Assembly (NCBI GenBank): GCA_903825355.1
Contig: CAIKAH010000021.1
Location: 9,273 to 73,272, forward strand
Length of the DNA stretch: 64,000 nt
Source: an uncultured bacterium
GTDB lineage: Bacteria; Babelota; Babeliae; Babelales; RVW-14
Reading direction: 5' to 3'
Shown in pieces: positions 36,526-44,748 of the stretch; positions within the stretch are counted from its first letter, which is position 1, and the number at the start of each line of letters is the position of its first letter. The notes beneath the pieces are model-generated. The model saw only the letters and a program-made list of their open reading frames with translations, was not told where the DNA came from and did not search any database. Made by a program: the position numbers and the translations under genes.

Positions 36526-39246
36526 TTAGCCAGCGCGGAACCAGCTTAAGGGGTTTTTAAAATAGGCAGTCCATGACTGGTCTTGTGGGGTTGTTGGAGG
36601 AGCTGAAGCCCTACCAGTGCTTATTGATTCTTGTTGAGGCGTATTATCATGAGCAGCTGCAGGAGTTGCGGGTAATGCATGAGCCGGTTCTGCTGGGGTG
36701 CTTTGTGCAAATAGTGGTGAAGATGCTACAGGAGGTGGGGTGGCAATCGCGACTGTAGAAAATTGCGATTTGGATGGTGTTACTACTGCTGGTGCCGGAG
36801 CTGGTGCGGCTACATGTTTTACAGAAGATGATTTATTGTCAGTGGTTGATGGTTTTGTGGTAGTTGATGGTTGTGTTTTAGATCGTGTTACTCGAGCAGT
36901 TGGCACCGGTGCTGGGGCTTCTGGATTATGTGTGTGATCTGTTTGTGCGGTGCTTTTTCTACCTCTCCTGGTGCCGCCTCTTCCTGCTGGTTGAGCCGGT
37001 GACTGCAAAATTGGAGAAGCTGCTGGGAGTTCTTCTGTAGGGGTTATAGTTGAAGCCTTTGTTTTTGCTGGCTTCGTAGCAAGAGGCGTTATGTCGGGAT
37101 CTGGTACTATGACCGGAACAATAACAGGTGCCGGCGCTGGGGCTGGGGCATTTGTTACAGGTGGCATTCTTACTGACACTGCTTGTGTCGCTGGCGCTGG
37201 GACATTAGCAGTGACCCTTGCATCAAGGGTCATGTCTTCAGCGATCGCTACTTCTGCCGCAGGCGCAGGTTCTCCTGCGAATGCTTTATAGATTCTTTTT
37301 CCGATTTCTACCGGAACAGTTACAGGAGCCATGATTACTCCTGCTCCTGCTCCTGTAACTAAGTCACTAGCTGCATTTCGTGTTGATTGCCTTAGTTGCT
37401 CTTGTGCACCAGTAATAGCCGGTACTAATTTGTTTACGCTATCAAGGACCGGCTGGGCCTCTTTGACAAGTGCTTTTCCTAATCCAGCAGCGTTGTTTTC
37501 TACACCACCAATAAAATCTTCGCCTAAGCGTTCAAGGATAGTCGTTTGTTCTGGGGTGCGAGTAGGGATGCTGGCGCGCAATATAGGATGTGTAAGTTCT
37601 TTTTGTAGAACTCCTACCAATTCGCCACCAATTTGACCACCAAGCTCTTTTGCTGCTGTAGTTTCATCAGCATTTGGTCGAGGAAGATCAGCCTTAGTCT
37701 TAGGCTTAGTAAGCTCTTTTTGTATGCCATCGCCCAGGCCACTGCCGAGGGTATCGCCGAGCTGTTTACCCAGTGTTGTTTCGCCAGCTTTAAGTCCTGC
37801 TCTACTATCAGGAATAGGCGTTGTGAGCTCCTTGCTGAGTCCTGTTGCGACACCACCACCAAGCCCTGCGCCAAGAATACTTGCGCGGGTTGCCATGCCA
37901 TCTGGGCTTTGAGGGGCAGGAGCCGGTAGGGGGACGCGTTCATTATTTATGGTATCAATGGCGTTTGGTAATGCTTTGTTCAGTGCTTCAGTAACAGCAG
38001 CAACCACTGCTGCTTGTAGACTATCAGCATTTTCTCGCATTACTTTATTAACTGCTTCAGAGGCTCCAGCTCCAACAACAGTACCAAGGTTTTGCCCACG
38101 AGTGGCCATGCCATCTGGCACTGCTGGTGTCACCGGTACTGGTACACGTTCAGTAGTAACACGATCAAATGCTGCGGTCATTGATTCGGCTACTGTTTGT
38201 TTGACTGCTTCTTGCAGCGCCTGTTTATTTGCTTGGAACTCTTTAGTTACCTCTTTAACTACGCCTGCACCTGCTTCGGCTGCTGTTTGCTTGAATGCTT
38301 CTTGTACCGCTTCTTTATTTGCTTGTATTTCTTCGGTAAACCCTTGGGCAACCCCTTTGCCTGCTTCTTTAGCCGCTTTTCCGATTCCTTCCCCGAGGCT
38401 GGCGATACCGTCATTGAGCTTTTTTTTAATTGGTTGGACCACGTACTTATTAAGGGGCTCGCGCAGCCAATAAACAATAACGCATATAGCGCCAACAATA
38501 AGCGCTTTAATCATGATTTCTTTGAGCCGGTTTGGTTGAATAATTGGTTGGCGGGTTTCATAGACAGCAAGCAGTGTAATGAAGTCTTTAATGATGAGGT
38601 CATCAATTTTTTGCTCACCAAGTTCACGATTGACCGCTAAATATTCATGCTTGAGCTTGTTCATATGCCAAATCATAGTCTCTTTGCGACTATTGAAGTT
38701 CGGGTCCCCATCATTTACCATTGCAAGAACAATATATGTTTTGCTGACTAAAGTTCTAAAGGGAGCTACTGCCCCGGTGGGGGTTGCAATTTTAAAACTA
38801 TATAAACTGTCTAGGCAATCAATCATGCGGACAGATTGTTCATGGCGTAGATCATTTTCTGCCAGTAGCCGATGCATTTTAAAAACAAAAAACTTATTAA
38901 ATCGTTGCAGTAATAGTTTTGCGCTAGCATCATTTTTTGTGCAGAGTAGATCAATAAGATCAAGGAGCATTTTTGCTTGGGTTTGGATATTGGTGTCTTT
39001 GCCGCTCCATCCTGAATTGTTTAAATTAATATCACCAAGCACAAAAGGAATATCAAAATAGCGATTAGCCATCAATTGATAGCAGTATTCTTTTGCGCGT
39101 TCTTCAGCTGTCTCTAGAGCCATAGAAAGTGGTTTGCTAAAATCAGCCCTATTCGTAAGATCGTTGGTACGGCTGTAGGTAAGTGTATTATTAAAAGATA
39201 AAGAAGCAATAACTACAAAATACAGGATGCTTGATATAAAACTCAT
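36526..39246 (-). CDS. large membrane-anchored repeat protein with Pro/Ala/Thr-rich disordered C-terminus
   Basis: 906 aa. N-terminal signal/anchor MSFISSILYFVVIASLSF, a ~220-aa unique domain, a TM helix (ALIVGAICVIVYWL, aa ~248-261), three classes of internal repeats (aa ~300-586), and a P/A/T/S-rich tail (aa ~655-890). The many plus-strand ORFs here are antisense shadows. Confidence 0.75.
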   Translation of the reverse strand: MSFISSILYFVVIASLSFNNTLTYSRTNDLTNRADFSKPLSMALETAEERAKEYCYQLMANRYFDIPFVLGDINLNNSGWSGKDTNIQTQAKMLLDLIDLLCTKNDASAKLLLQRFNKFFVFKMHRLLAENDLRHEQSVRMIDCLDSLYSFKIATPTGAVAPFRTLVSKTYIVLAMVNDGDPNFNSRKETMIWHMNKLKHEYLAVNRELGEQKIDDLIIKDFITLLAVYETRQPIIQPNRLKEIMIKALIVGAICVIVYWLREPLNKYVVQPIKKKLNDGIASLGEGIGKAAKEAGKGVAQGFTEEIQANKEAVQEAFKQTAAEAGAGVVKEVTKEFQANKQALQEAVKQTVAESMTAAFDRVTTERVPVPVTPAVPDGMATRGQNLGTVVGAGASEAVNKVMRENADSLQAAVVAAVTEALNKALPNAIDTINNERVPLPAPAPQSPDGMATRASILGAGLGGGVATGLSKELTTPIPDSRAGLKAGETTLGKQLGDTLGSGLGDGIQKELTKPKTKADLPRPNADETTAAKELGGQIGGELVGVLQKELTHPILRASIPTRTPEQTTILERLGEDFIGGVENNAAGLGKALVKEAQPVLDSVNKLVPAITGAQEQLRQSTRNAASDLVTGAGAGVIMAPVTVPVEIGKRIYKAFAGEPAPAAEVAIAEDMTLDARVTANVPAPATQAVSVRMPPVTNAPAPAPAPVIVPVIVPDPDITPLATKPAKTKASTITPTEELPAASPILQSPAQPAGRGGTRRGRKSTAQTDHTHNPEAPAPVPTARVTRSKTQPSTTTKPSTTDNKSSSVKHVAAPAPAPAVVTPSKSQFSTVAIATPPPVASSPLFAQSTPAEPAHALPATPAAAHDNTPQQESISTGRASAPPTTPQDQSWTAYFKNPLSWFRAG
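37489..38340 (-). repeat. in-frame tandem repeats inside the 906-aa gene
   Basis: Three classes: (1) 2 x ~30 aa (FTEEIQANKEAVQEAFKQTAAE / TKEFQANKQALQEAVKQTVAE); (2) 2 x ERVPxP..PDGMATR..LG motif spaced exactly 70 aa (210 bp) apart (GCCATGCCATCTGG at ~37894 and ~38104); (3) 3 x ~39 aa starting KELT(T/K/H)P. Confidence 0.8.
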
Positions 39247-39397
39247 AGCAAAACCTCTCTAAGCATGATGATGGTACGTTAATCCCTAGCGATAATCTAG
39301 GGGCTTTGAAGTTAAGCTAACACTTTCCTATTGTCAATATTGCCTCTCTAATCGTGTTATTGCTGCATTTACGCACAGTCTTTATTTCAGTTTGAGA

Positions 39398-40159
39398 CTA
39401 ATTGTTGCGGCAGTGAAGTTCAGCTTTTGCCAAATCGGCAGGTGTGTCGATGCCAAAAACTTCATACTGTGTTTCATGAACGGTTATAGAAATGCCATAA
39501 TCAAGCAGCTTGAGCATTTCAAGTTTTTCTAGATCCTCAAGTTTGCATTTTCCTAAGGTAGCCATTTTTTGGAGTGATTCTTTGGTGAAAGCGTAGAGGC
39601 CTACGTGTTTATAATAAATTGATTGCAAGACAAGTTCTTCTAGATTGCTGTTGTCGCGGACGCAGGGGATGGGGGAGCGGGAAAAATACAGCGCTTGGCC
39701 TTGTTGATTAGTAATCACTTTTGCGCAGGTGTGAGAGGTAATATCAGCTTTGTCGGTGATACGTTTTTTTAGTGTCCATACACTTTGGGCAGGATTATCG
39801 ATACTTTGCAGTAATTCCTGAATCATAGAAGGCTGAATAAATGGCTCATCTCCTTGCCAGTTAACTACTATATCGGCATCAATTTTTTTGTTTGTTATAA
39901 GCTCTACCAAACGTTCAGTTCCTGACTGGCACGTTACTGCTGTAAGTACGGCTTTCCCTCCAAAGCTTTCAATGCAATCAATAAGTCGCTGGTCATCAAC
40001 AGCAAATAGAACATCATCAAAGAGTGATACCTTAGTTGCTGCATTCCACACCCAGAAAAGAAGAGGCTTGCCTGCAAGGGTTGCAAGCATTTTTTCAGGA
40101 AAACGAAATGATGCTAAGCGCGCTGGAATAACGCAAACAATTCTTTTATGCTTAAACAT
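39398..40159 (-). CDS. kdsB: 3-deoxy-manno-octulosonate cytidylyltransferase (CMP-KDO synthetase)
   Basis: ORF 39398..40291; ATG at 40159 gives MFKHKRIVCVIPARLASFRFPEKML..LAGKPLL, the canonical KdsB N-terminus. Also VNWQGDEPF and GIDTPADL. Confidence 0.92.
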   Translation of the reverse strand: MFKHKRIVCVIPARLASFRFPEKMLATLAGKPLLFWVWNAATKVSLFDDVLFAVDDQRLIDCIESFGGKAVLTAVTCQSGTERLVELITNKKIDADIVVNWQGDEPFIQPSMIQELLQSIDNPAQSVWTLKKRITDKADITSHTCAKVITNQQGQALYFSRSPIPCVRDNSNLEELVLQSIYYKHVGLYAFTKESLQKMATLGKCKLEDLEKLEMLKLLDYGISITVHETQYEVFGIDTPADLAKAELHCRNN

Positions 40160-40276
40160 ACAAAGGCTCTTTCTAGAACAATATTTTGTGTGCAAAAATA
40201 ATTTAGCTAATCTTTGATTTAGTGATATGATGCGCAGTCTACTACAATTTTTTATTTTTTTATAAGGGTTTGGGCG

Positions 40277-41614
40277 ATGATAGGACAGCATTTATTGGTA
40301 AAAAAATCAGGACCGTTGCATGGCACAGCACATTTATATGGTGCGAAAAATGCTATTTTGGTGATTATGACCGCGTTAATTTTAACGGAGGGAAAGTCAA
40401 TTCTTGATAATGTGCCAAATAATGCTGATGTCCGTTTGATGATTATATTACTTGAGCAGTTAGGGGCTGCCGTTTCTTTTGATACTAAAGCAAAATGCCT
40501 GACAGTAGACACTACTCATATTAATAAATCAGAAGTTCATCCTGAAATTATGAACAAAATTCGAGCTTCAATTTTGGTTATGGGGCCTCTTCTTGCTCGC
40601 TTTGGCACAGCTAGCGTTGCTATGCCTGGAGGTGATTTAATTGGTATGAGGCCAATTAATTATCATCTGGAAGGATTTAAAAAGCTTGGTGTGGAGGTAC
40701 AGCTCCAGCCTCCTTTTGTTTCGGCTCGCGTAATCGCTCGTGCATTACCTTCTCATACTCGTATTGTGCTTGATTACCCAAGTGTAGGAGCAACGGAAAA
40801 TATTATGATGCTTGCAGTATTAAGCAATACAGAGACTACTATTGTCAATGCGGCTCTTGAGCCAGAAGTTTATGATTTGATCGATGTACTCAAGAAAATG
40901 GGTGCTAATATTAGTATCGCCCCAGCAATGATTATTATTAGGGGGGTGTCGAAATTACTGCCGATAGTACATTCCATTATTCCTGATAGATTGGAGGCAG
41001 GGACCTTGCTCTTAGCCGCTGCTATTACAGGTGGTTCAATTACTATCCCTAATGCACGTGCTGATCATCTAGATATTTTTATAGAAAAGTTGCGTGCTAT
41101 GGGGCATTGTGTAACTACTGGCTTTGAATCTCCTACATTTTCACCAGTTGGTATTAGCTTACAAGCAACTAAAACGCCAGTTGCTATTTCAATTAAAACA
41201 GCACCATACCCAGGCTTCCCTACTGATTTGCAACCATTGATTATGGCTGCTCTTTGTACTGCCCAAGGTATTAGTACGGTAGAAGAGACAGTTTATGAAA
41301 ATAGAATGATGCATGCTAAAGAATTAAGCAAAATGGGTGCTCAGATTACTGTTGAAGGAGCGACCGCAACTATTCGTGGGGTGGATACATTGTATGGGAG
41401 TAATGTCATTGCAGCAGATTTGCGCGCTTCCTGCACCTTAGTTCTGGCGGGATTTCTTGCTGAGGGAGAGACAAAAATTTCTGGTGTTAATCATTGGCTG
41501 CGCGGATATGATGGACTTGATGAAAAATTGAATAATATGGGTGCTTCTATTATGTTAGCTGATGATTCATTTATCGGCCAGGACGACCAGAAACACACTC
41601 AGATATCTCTTTAG
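40277..41614 (+). CDS. murA: UDP-N-acetylglucosamine 1-carboxyvinyltransferase MurA (active-site Asp variant)
   Basis: 445 aa. Blocks GAKNA.L, IRASILVMGPLLARFG, MPGGDLIGMRPIN (Asp120 at the E. coli Cys115 position), PDRLEAGT, YPGFPTDLQ, ENRMMHAKEL.KMGA, DLRAS..LVLAG. Confidence 0.93.
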   Translation: MIGQHLLVKKSGPLHGTAHLYGAKNAILVIMTALILTEGKSILDNVPNNADVRLMIILLEQLGAAVSFDTKAKCLTVDTTHINKSEVHPEIMNKIRASILVMGPLLARFGTASVAMPGGDLIGMRPINYHLEGFKKLGVEVQLQPPFVSARVIARALPSHTRIVLDYPSVGATENIMMLAVLSNTETTIVNAALEPEVYDLIDVLKKMGANISIAPAMIIIRGVSKLLPIVHSIIPDRLEAGTLLLAAAITGGSITIPNARADHLDIFIEKLRAMGHCVTTGFESPTFSPVGISLQATKTPVAISIKTAPYPGFPTDLQPLIMAALCTAQGISTVEETVYENRMMHAKELSKMGAQITVEGATATIRGVDTLYGSNVIAADLRASCTLVLAGFLAEGETKISGVNHWLRGYDGLDEKLNNMGASIMLADDSFIGQDDQKHTQISL

Positions 41615-42449
41615 TTATAAGAGCTTGACGCATTTTATTGAATTGCATGATGAGCGGTTCGAGGTATTTTTCAGCATTATTAGTTGAATTATCCATAGCC
41701 AAAAAGCGAGCCGCCTGTTCTGCCCGCATGGCGCCAAATAGAATTTGCATTATAGTGCTATGTAAATAGCGCATAGCAAGGCGATCAAGCACCATTTCTT
41801 TTTCTTGTTCCCAAATGAGCTCGGGTTCAGTATCAGGATCAAAGGTATTATCGAAGTCGTTTTTGAGCATAGTTACGGATAAAGGGAGCACGGTTTTTTT
41901 GATGGGGCGCTGACTAAAGAATGATCGTGCTTCATTAGAAAAAAATGATACAGAAGTATAGCGGGCATCACTAAATAAAATTTTAGCAATTAGTTCTTCG
42001 GTAAGCGCAAATAAATTACTAGAGTTTACTTCTTGATACACCGAGACAATAGAGGTTAATTTGCGTCCTTTAATGTAGGTAATTGCTTTGCTACCTATAG
42101 CTATAAAAGAGGGTTTTTGGTGCGGTTCCAAGAAAAGTGACTGCTCAAAATATTTAAATAAATTGCTATTTAAGCTACCGCAGAGACCTTTTGAGGTTGA
42201 AACAATTACAAATAATGGACGCTGATCAAGTAAGTCATGTGGTAAAAAAGTTTCGTTAGCCCAGTCTTTGGCGTAGAGCAGTAAATGCCCAAAAAGGGTG
42301 CTTAAGTGAGTGCTATACAAATTCAGTGGCTGATAATTTTTTTCGAGTTTATTGTAAAAAGACATGGAAATGAGCCGTACAGCATGTGTAATCTTTTTGG
42401 TAGTCTGGATAGATTTTATTTTTTGGCGCAAATGAGCAAGTTGCGACAC
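41571..42449 (-). CDS. atpG: F1F0 ATP synthase gamma subunit (stand-alone)
   Basis: 292 aa. N-terminus LRQKIKSIQTTKKITHAVRLISMS, VSTSKGLCGSLNSNLF, and C-terminus AEQAARFLAMDNSTNNA...FNKMRQALITKEISECVSG align with E. coli AtpG. Confidence 0.9.
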   Translation of the reverse strand: MSQLAHLRQKIKSIQTTKKITHAVRLISMSFYNKLEKNYQPLNLYSTHLSTLFGHLLLYAKDWANETFLPHDLLDQRPLFVIVSTSKGLCGSLNSNLFKYFEQSLFLEPHQKPSFIAIGSKAITYIKGRKLTSIVSVYQEVNSSNLFALTEELIAKILFSDARYTSVSFFSNEARSFFSQRPIKKTVLPLSVTMLKNDFDNTFDPDTEPELIWEQEKEMVLDRLAMRYLHSTIMQILFGAMRAEQAARFLAMDNSTNNAEKYLEPLIMQFNKMRQALITKEISECVSGRPGR

Positions 42450-42551
42450 GATGCTCCTTTAGAATGCTAGGTGTTGCTAGTACAGCTTCTTATTAGTCAT
42501 ACTGGTAAAGTAATAGAAACGCAGCGTTTTTACAACCTTAAAGAGTATTTT

Positions 42552-43178
42552 ATGATAATTCTTATTGATGGATACAATCTTCTCAATCATATTTTCCCAG
42601 GGAAGAAAAACGCCCTCGATAAGCATAGACAGGTGCTCATAAAGCAGTTGGGAATTTACAAACGTCACAAAACAGAAATTAAAGAGATGATGCTTGTTTT
42701 TGATGGGGGTAGTAGTACGCATGCTCACCGAATAGTAAAAGAGGGGGTAGTGATTATTGAGGCAGGGATTAAAAGCAGCGCGGATGATTGGATTATACAA
42801 TTTGCTGAGCGCAATAAAGGAAAAGAAATATTGCTTATAACGTTGGATCGACGGCTGCGGGAAGCTGTTGAACCATTCGGTGCAGACTGGCTCAGTGTGT
42901 TTGACTTTTATAATCTTATGCAGTCAGTAATTATAAATGCGATGGGCGAGCGTGTTGCTTCTTCCGTAGCAGGGGATATAACAGTGTATCAGCGTGAAGC
43001 AGATGATGAGGATGAGGTTCTTATTAATAAGCAAACTCTGAATTTGCTTATGGAGCAAGCAAGCGTTACGATACGTGATAAAATAGAAGATAAAAACAGT
43101 GCTTCTCGTAGAGGCAAGAGCTATACCCCTTCAAAGATGGAAAAACAGATTGCTGCAAAAATTAAAAAACTAGGATAA
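42552..43178 (+). CDS. NYN/YacP-like (Rae1-type) predicted ribonuclease
   Basis: ORF 42471..43178; ATG at 42552 gives MIILIDGYNLLNHIF. Also VFDGG and ITLDRRLREAV, as in YacP/DUF901 NYN-domain proteins (family name from memory). Confidence 0.7.
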   Translation: MIILIDGYNLLNHIFPGKKNALDKHRQVLIKQLGIYKRHKTEIKEMMLVFDGGSSTHAHRIVKEGVVIIEAGIKSSADDWIIQFAERNKGKEILLITLDRRLREAVEPFGADWLSVFDFYNLMQSVIINAMGERVASSVAGDITVYQREADDEDEVLINKQTLNLLMEQASVTIRDKIEDKNSASRRGKSYTPSKMEKQIAAKIKKLG

Positions 43179-43184
43179 TTAGGA

Positions 43185-43625
43185 ATGCATTTATCATACA
43201 GTATTAATCAGTTATCAGCTGTGGTGCGAGATAAGGTGCTGCCTTTGTTGGATGCCTATAGTGTTATAACGCTAACAGGCTCTGTCGGTGCTGGTAAAAC
43301 GACTCTGGTTAAAGAACTTTTGTCTCAAGCAGGGGTAGTAGGACTTGTAACAAGCCCTACCTTTTCCTATGTAAATAGCTATCAAATACCCTCTGGTAAG
43401 CGCATTCATCATTTTGATTTGTACAGAATTGATTCAATCGAAAGTTTTTTAATGAATGGGTTTGATGAATATCTACAGGACGAAACAAGTCTGTGCATTA
43501 TTGAATGGCCAGAAGTAATTGCGTCACTGGTGACTGGCGAGGGACTTAAAAGCAGGACATGCCACATAAGGTTGCAGCACGATGCAAGTGATTATATTGT
43601 GCGCCACCTTTATATAACTATTTAA
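43185..43625 (+). CDS. tsaE: tRNA t6A37 biosynthesis ATPase TsaE (YjeE)
   Basis: 146 aa. P-loop LTGSVGAGKTTLVKELL, SPTFSYVNSY, HFDLYRI, IIEWPE. Confidence 0.9.
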   Translation: MHLSYSINQLSAVVRDKVLPLLDAYSVITLTGSVGAGKTTLVKELLSQAGVVGLVTSPTFSYVNSYQIPSGKRIHHFDLYRIDSIESFLMNGFDEYLQDETSLCIIEWPEVIASLVTGEGLKSRTCHIRLQHDASDYIVRHLYITI

Positions 43626-43649
43626 TACGAATTGAATGAAAATGATAAA

Positions 43650-43697
43650 AGCTACCACAGCTAGCAGCATTTTTTTGCCTCTGTAGCTACTTTTTTT
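43650..43697 (+). terminator. hairpin terminator after tsaE
   Basis: AGCTACCACAG ... CTGTAGCT stem followed by ACTTTTTTT. Confidence 0.5.
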
Positions 43698-43800
43698 AAA
43701 AAAAATGCATTTTATTTATCTTTTCTGTTAAAAACCATTGAAATCTTTGTTAAAAGATCTATCCTTATCTGTACTTGCAATTATTCAAGGAATTAAGTGC

Positions 43801-43885
43801 GGGGAGATTCCCGAGCGGTCAAAGGGGACGGACTGTAAATCCGTTGGCTCAGCCTTCACAGGTTCGAATCCTGTTCTCCCCACCA
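43801..43885 (+). tRNA. tRNA-Tyr (GUA), long variable arm, CCA encoded
   Basis: Acceptor GGGGAGA/TCTCCCC, D arm CCCGAGCGGTCAAAGGGG, anticodon arm ACGGA-CTGTAAA-TCCGT, long variable arm, T arm ACAGG-TTCGAAT-CCTGT, then ACCA. Very close to the E. coli tRNA-Tyr layout. Confidence 0.92.
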
Positions 43886-44066
43886 GCTTTTGCAGATACT
43901 CCTAGCGAGAATGCCGTAAGGCGTAAAGCAAAAGTTGTTCGCTGTGGCTATAAAAGGGTAGTTCCTTTTTGTTTAAAAGCTAATGAATAAGAAGCGAGGA
44001 GGCAATCAGCTCTCTGGTAGCGTTAAGCTTAGGAAAGTGTGTAGCCGTAGACATGCACGACTTTTA

Positions 44067-44142
44067 GCGGGAATAGCTCAATTGGTAGAGCGTCAGCCTT
44101 CCAAGCTGAAGGTTGCGGGTTCGAGACCCGTTTCCCGCTCCA
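44067..44142 (+). tRNA. tRNA-Gly (UCC), CCA encoded
   Basis: Acceptor GCGGGAA/TTCCCGC, anticodon arm TCAGC-CTTCCAA-GCTGA, T arm GCGGG-TTCGAGA-CCCGT. Confidence 0.92.
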
Positions 44143-44148
44143 TTGGAT

Positions 44149-44224
44149 GCTGGCATAGCTCAGTTGGTAGAGCAGCTGATTTGTAATCAGCAGGTCGCGG
44201 GTTCAAGTCCTGTTGCCAGCTCCA
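44149..44224 (+). tRNA. tRNA-Thr (UGU), CCA encoded
   Basis: Acceptor GCTGGCA/TGCCAGC, anticodon arm GCTGA-TTTGTAA-TCAGC, T loop TTCAAGT. Confidence 0.9.
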
Positions 44225-44235
44225 TTAAAATCTTC

Positions 44236-44276
44236 TATACTAGGCTCGCATAGCATTAGTATAGAGCCTGCTTTTT
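44236..44276 (+). terminator. hairpin + T-run after tRNA-Thr(UGU)
   Basis: AGGCTC ... GAGCCT stem followed by GCTTTTT. Confidence 0.45.
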
Positions 44277-44367
44277 GGGATAAACCTAATCTCAAATATC
44301 TTAGCAGTCATGCTTTTGTGCAATTTACGACTCATACTTTATTGAACTTAAAAATTGAAAAGTAGGC

Positions 44368-44443
44368 GCCCACGTAGCTCAGTCGGTAGAGCACCACCTT
44401 GGTAAGGTGGAGGTCACCGGTTCAAACCCGGTCGCGGGCTCCA
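44368..44443 (+). tRNA. tRNA-Thr (GGU), CCA encoded, A5:C68 acceptor mismatch
   Basis: Acceptor GCCCACG/CGCGGGC (one A:C mismatch), D arm GCTC-AGTCGGTA-GAGC, anticodon arm CCACC-TTGGTAA-GGTGG, T arm ACCGG-TTCAAAC-CCGGT. Confidence 0.85.
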
Positions 44444-44471
44444 TAAAAGCGAATGTTGCGAAAGTTACACA

Positions 44472-44630
44472 ATGGCAAAAAACAGAATTATAGTTCATCT
44501 CGAGTGCGAAGGTTGCGGGCTTAGGAACTACAGTAAGCGTGTTTCTAAGAAGCGTGATTTTGGCAAGCTAAACTTAAGCAAGTATTGCGCGAAATGCCGT
44601 AAGCACTCAGCACATAAAGAAACTAAATAA
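44472..44630 (+). CDS. rpmG: 50S ribosomal protein L33
   Basis: Below the ORF-track size cutoff. Hand-translated 52 aa: MAKNRIIVHLECEGCGLRNYSKRVSKKRDFGKLNLSKYCAKCRKHSAHKETK, with the CxxC...CxxC zinc form of L33. Confidence 0.9.
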   Translation: MAKNRIIVHLECEGCGLRNYSKRVSKKRDFGKLNLSKYCAKCRKHSAHKETK

Positions 44631-44639
44631 TAAATAAGT

Positions 44640-44716
44640 GGGTCAGTAGCTCGAACTGGTAGAGCGGCGGACTCCAAATCCGCGGGTTGGGGGTTCGAAT
44701 CCCTCCTGGCCTGCCA
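44640..44716 (+). tRNA. tRNA-Trp (CCA), CCA end encoded
   Basis: Acceptor GGGTCAG/CTGGCCT (two G:U pairs), anticodon arm CGGAC-TCCAAAT... read as loop CTCCAAA, T arm GGGGG-TTCGAAT-CCCTC. Canonical position before secE. Confidence 0.88.
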
Positions 44717-44748
44717 CTTTTTATTATTTGTTCGTGGGGATGTTCGTA

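Noticed and set aside
36573-39061. Numerous plus-strand ORFs (e.g. 37949..38473 at 174 aa, 38197..38640, 38579..39061, 37331..37636)
   Set aside because: They are antisense to the single uninterrupted 906-aa minus-strand ORF. Their Ala/Gly/Thr/Cys-rich nonsense composition is typical of shadows of a GC-rich repetitive gene.
43775-44186. Track ORFs 43775..43990 and 43983..44186
   Set aside because: They overlap tRNA-Tyr, tRNA-Gly and tRNA-Thr, so they are read-through artefacts of structured RNA genes.
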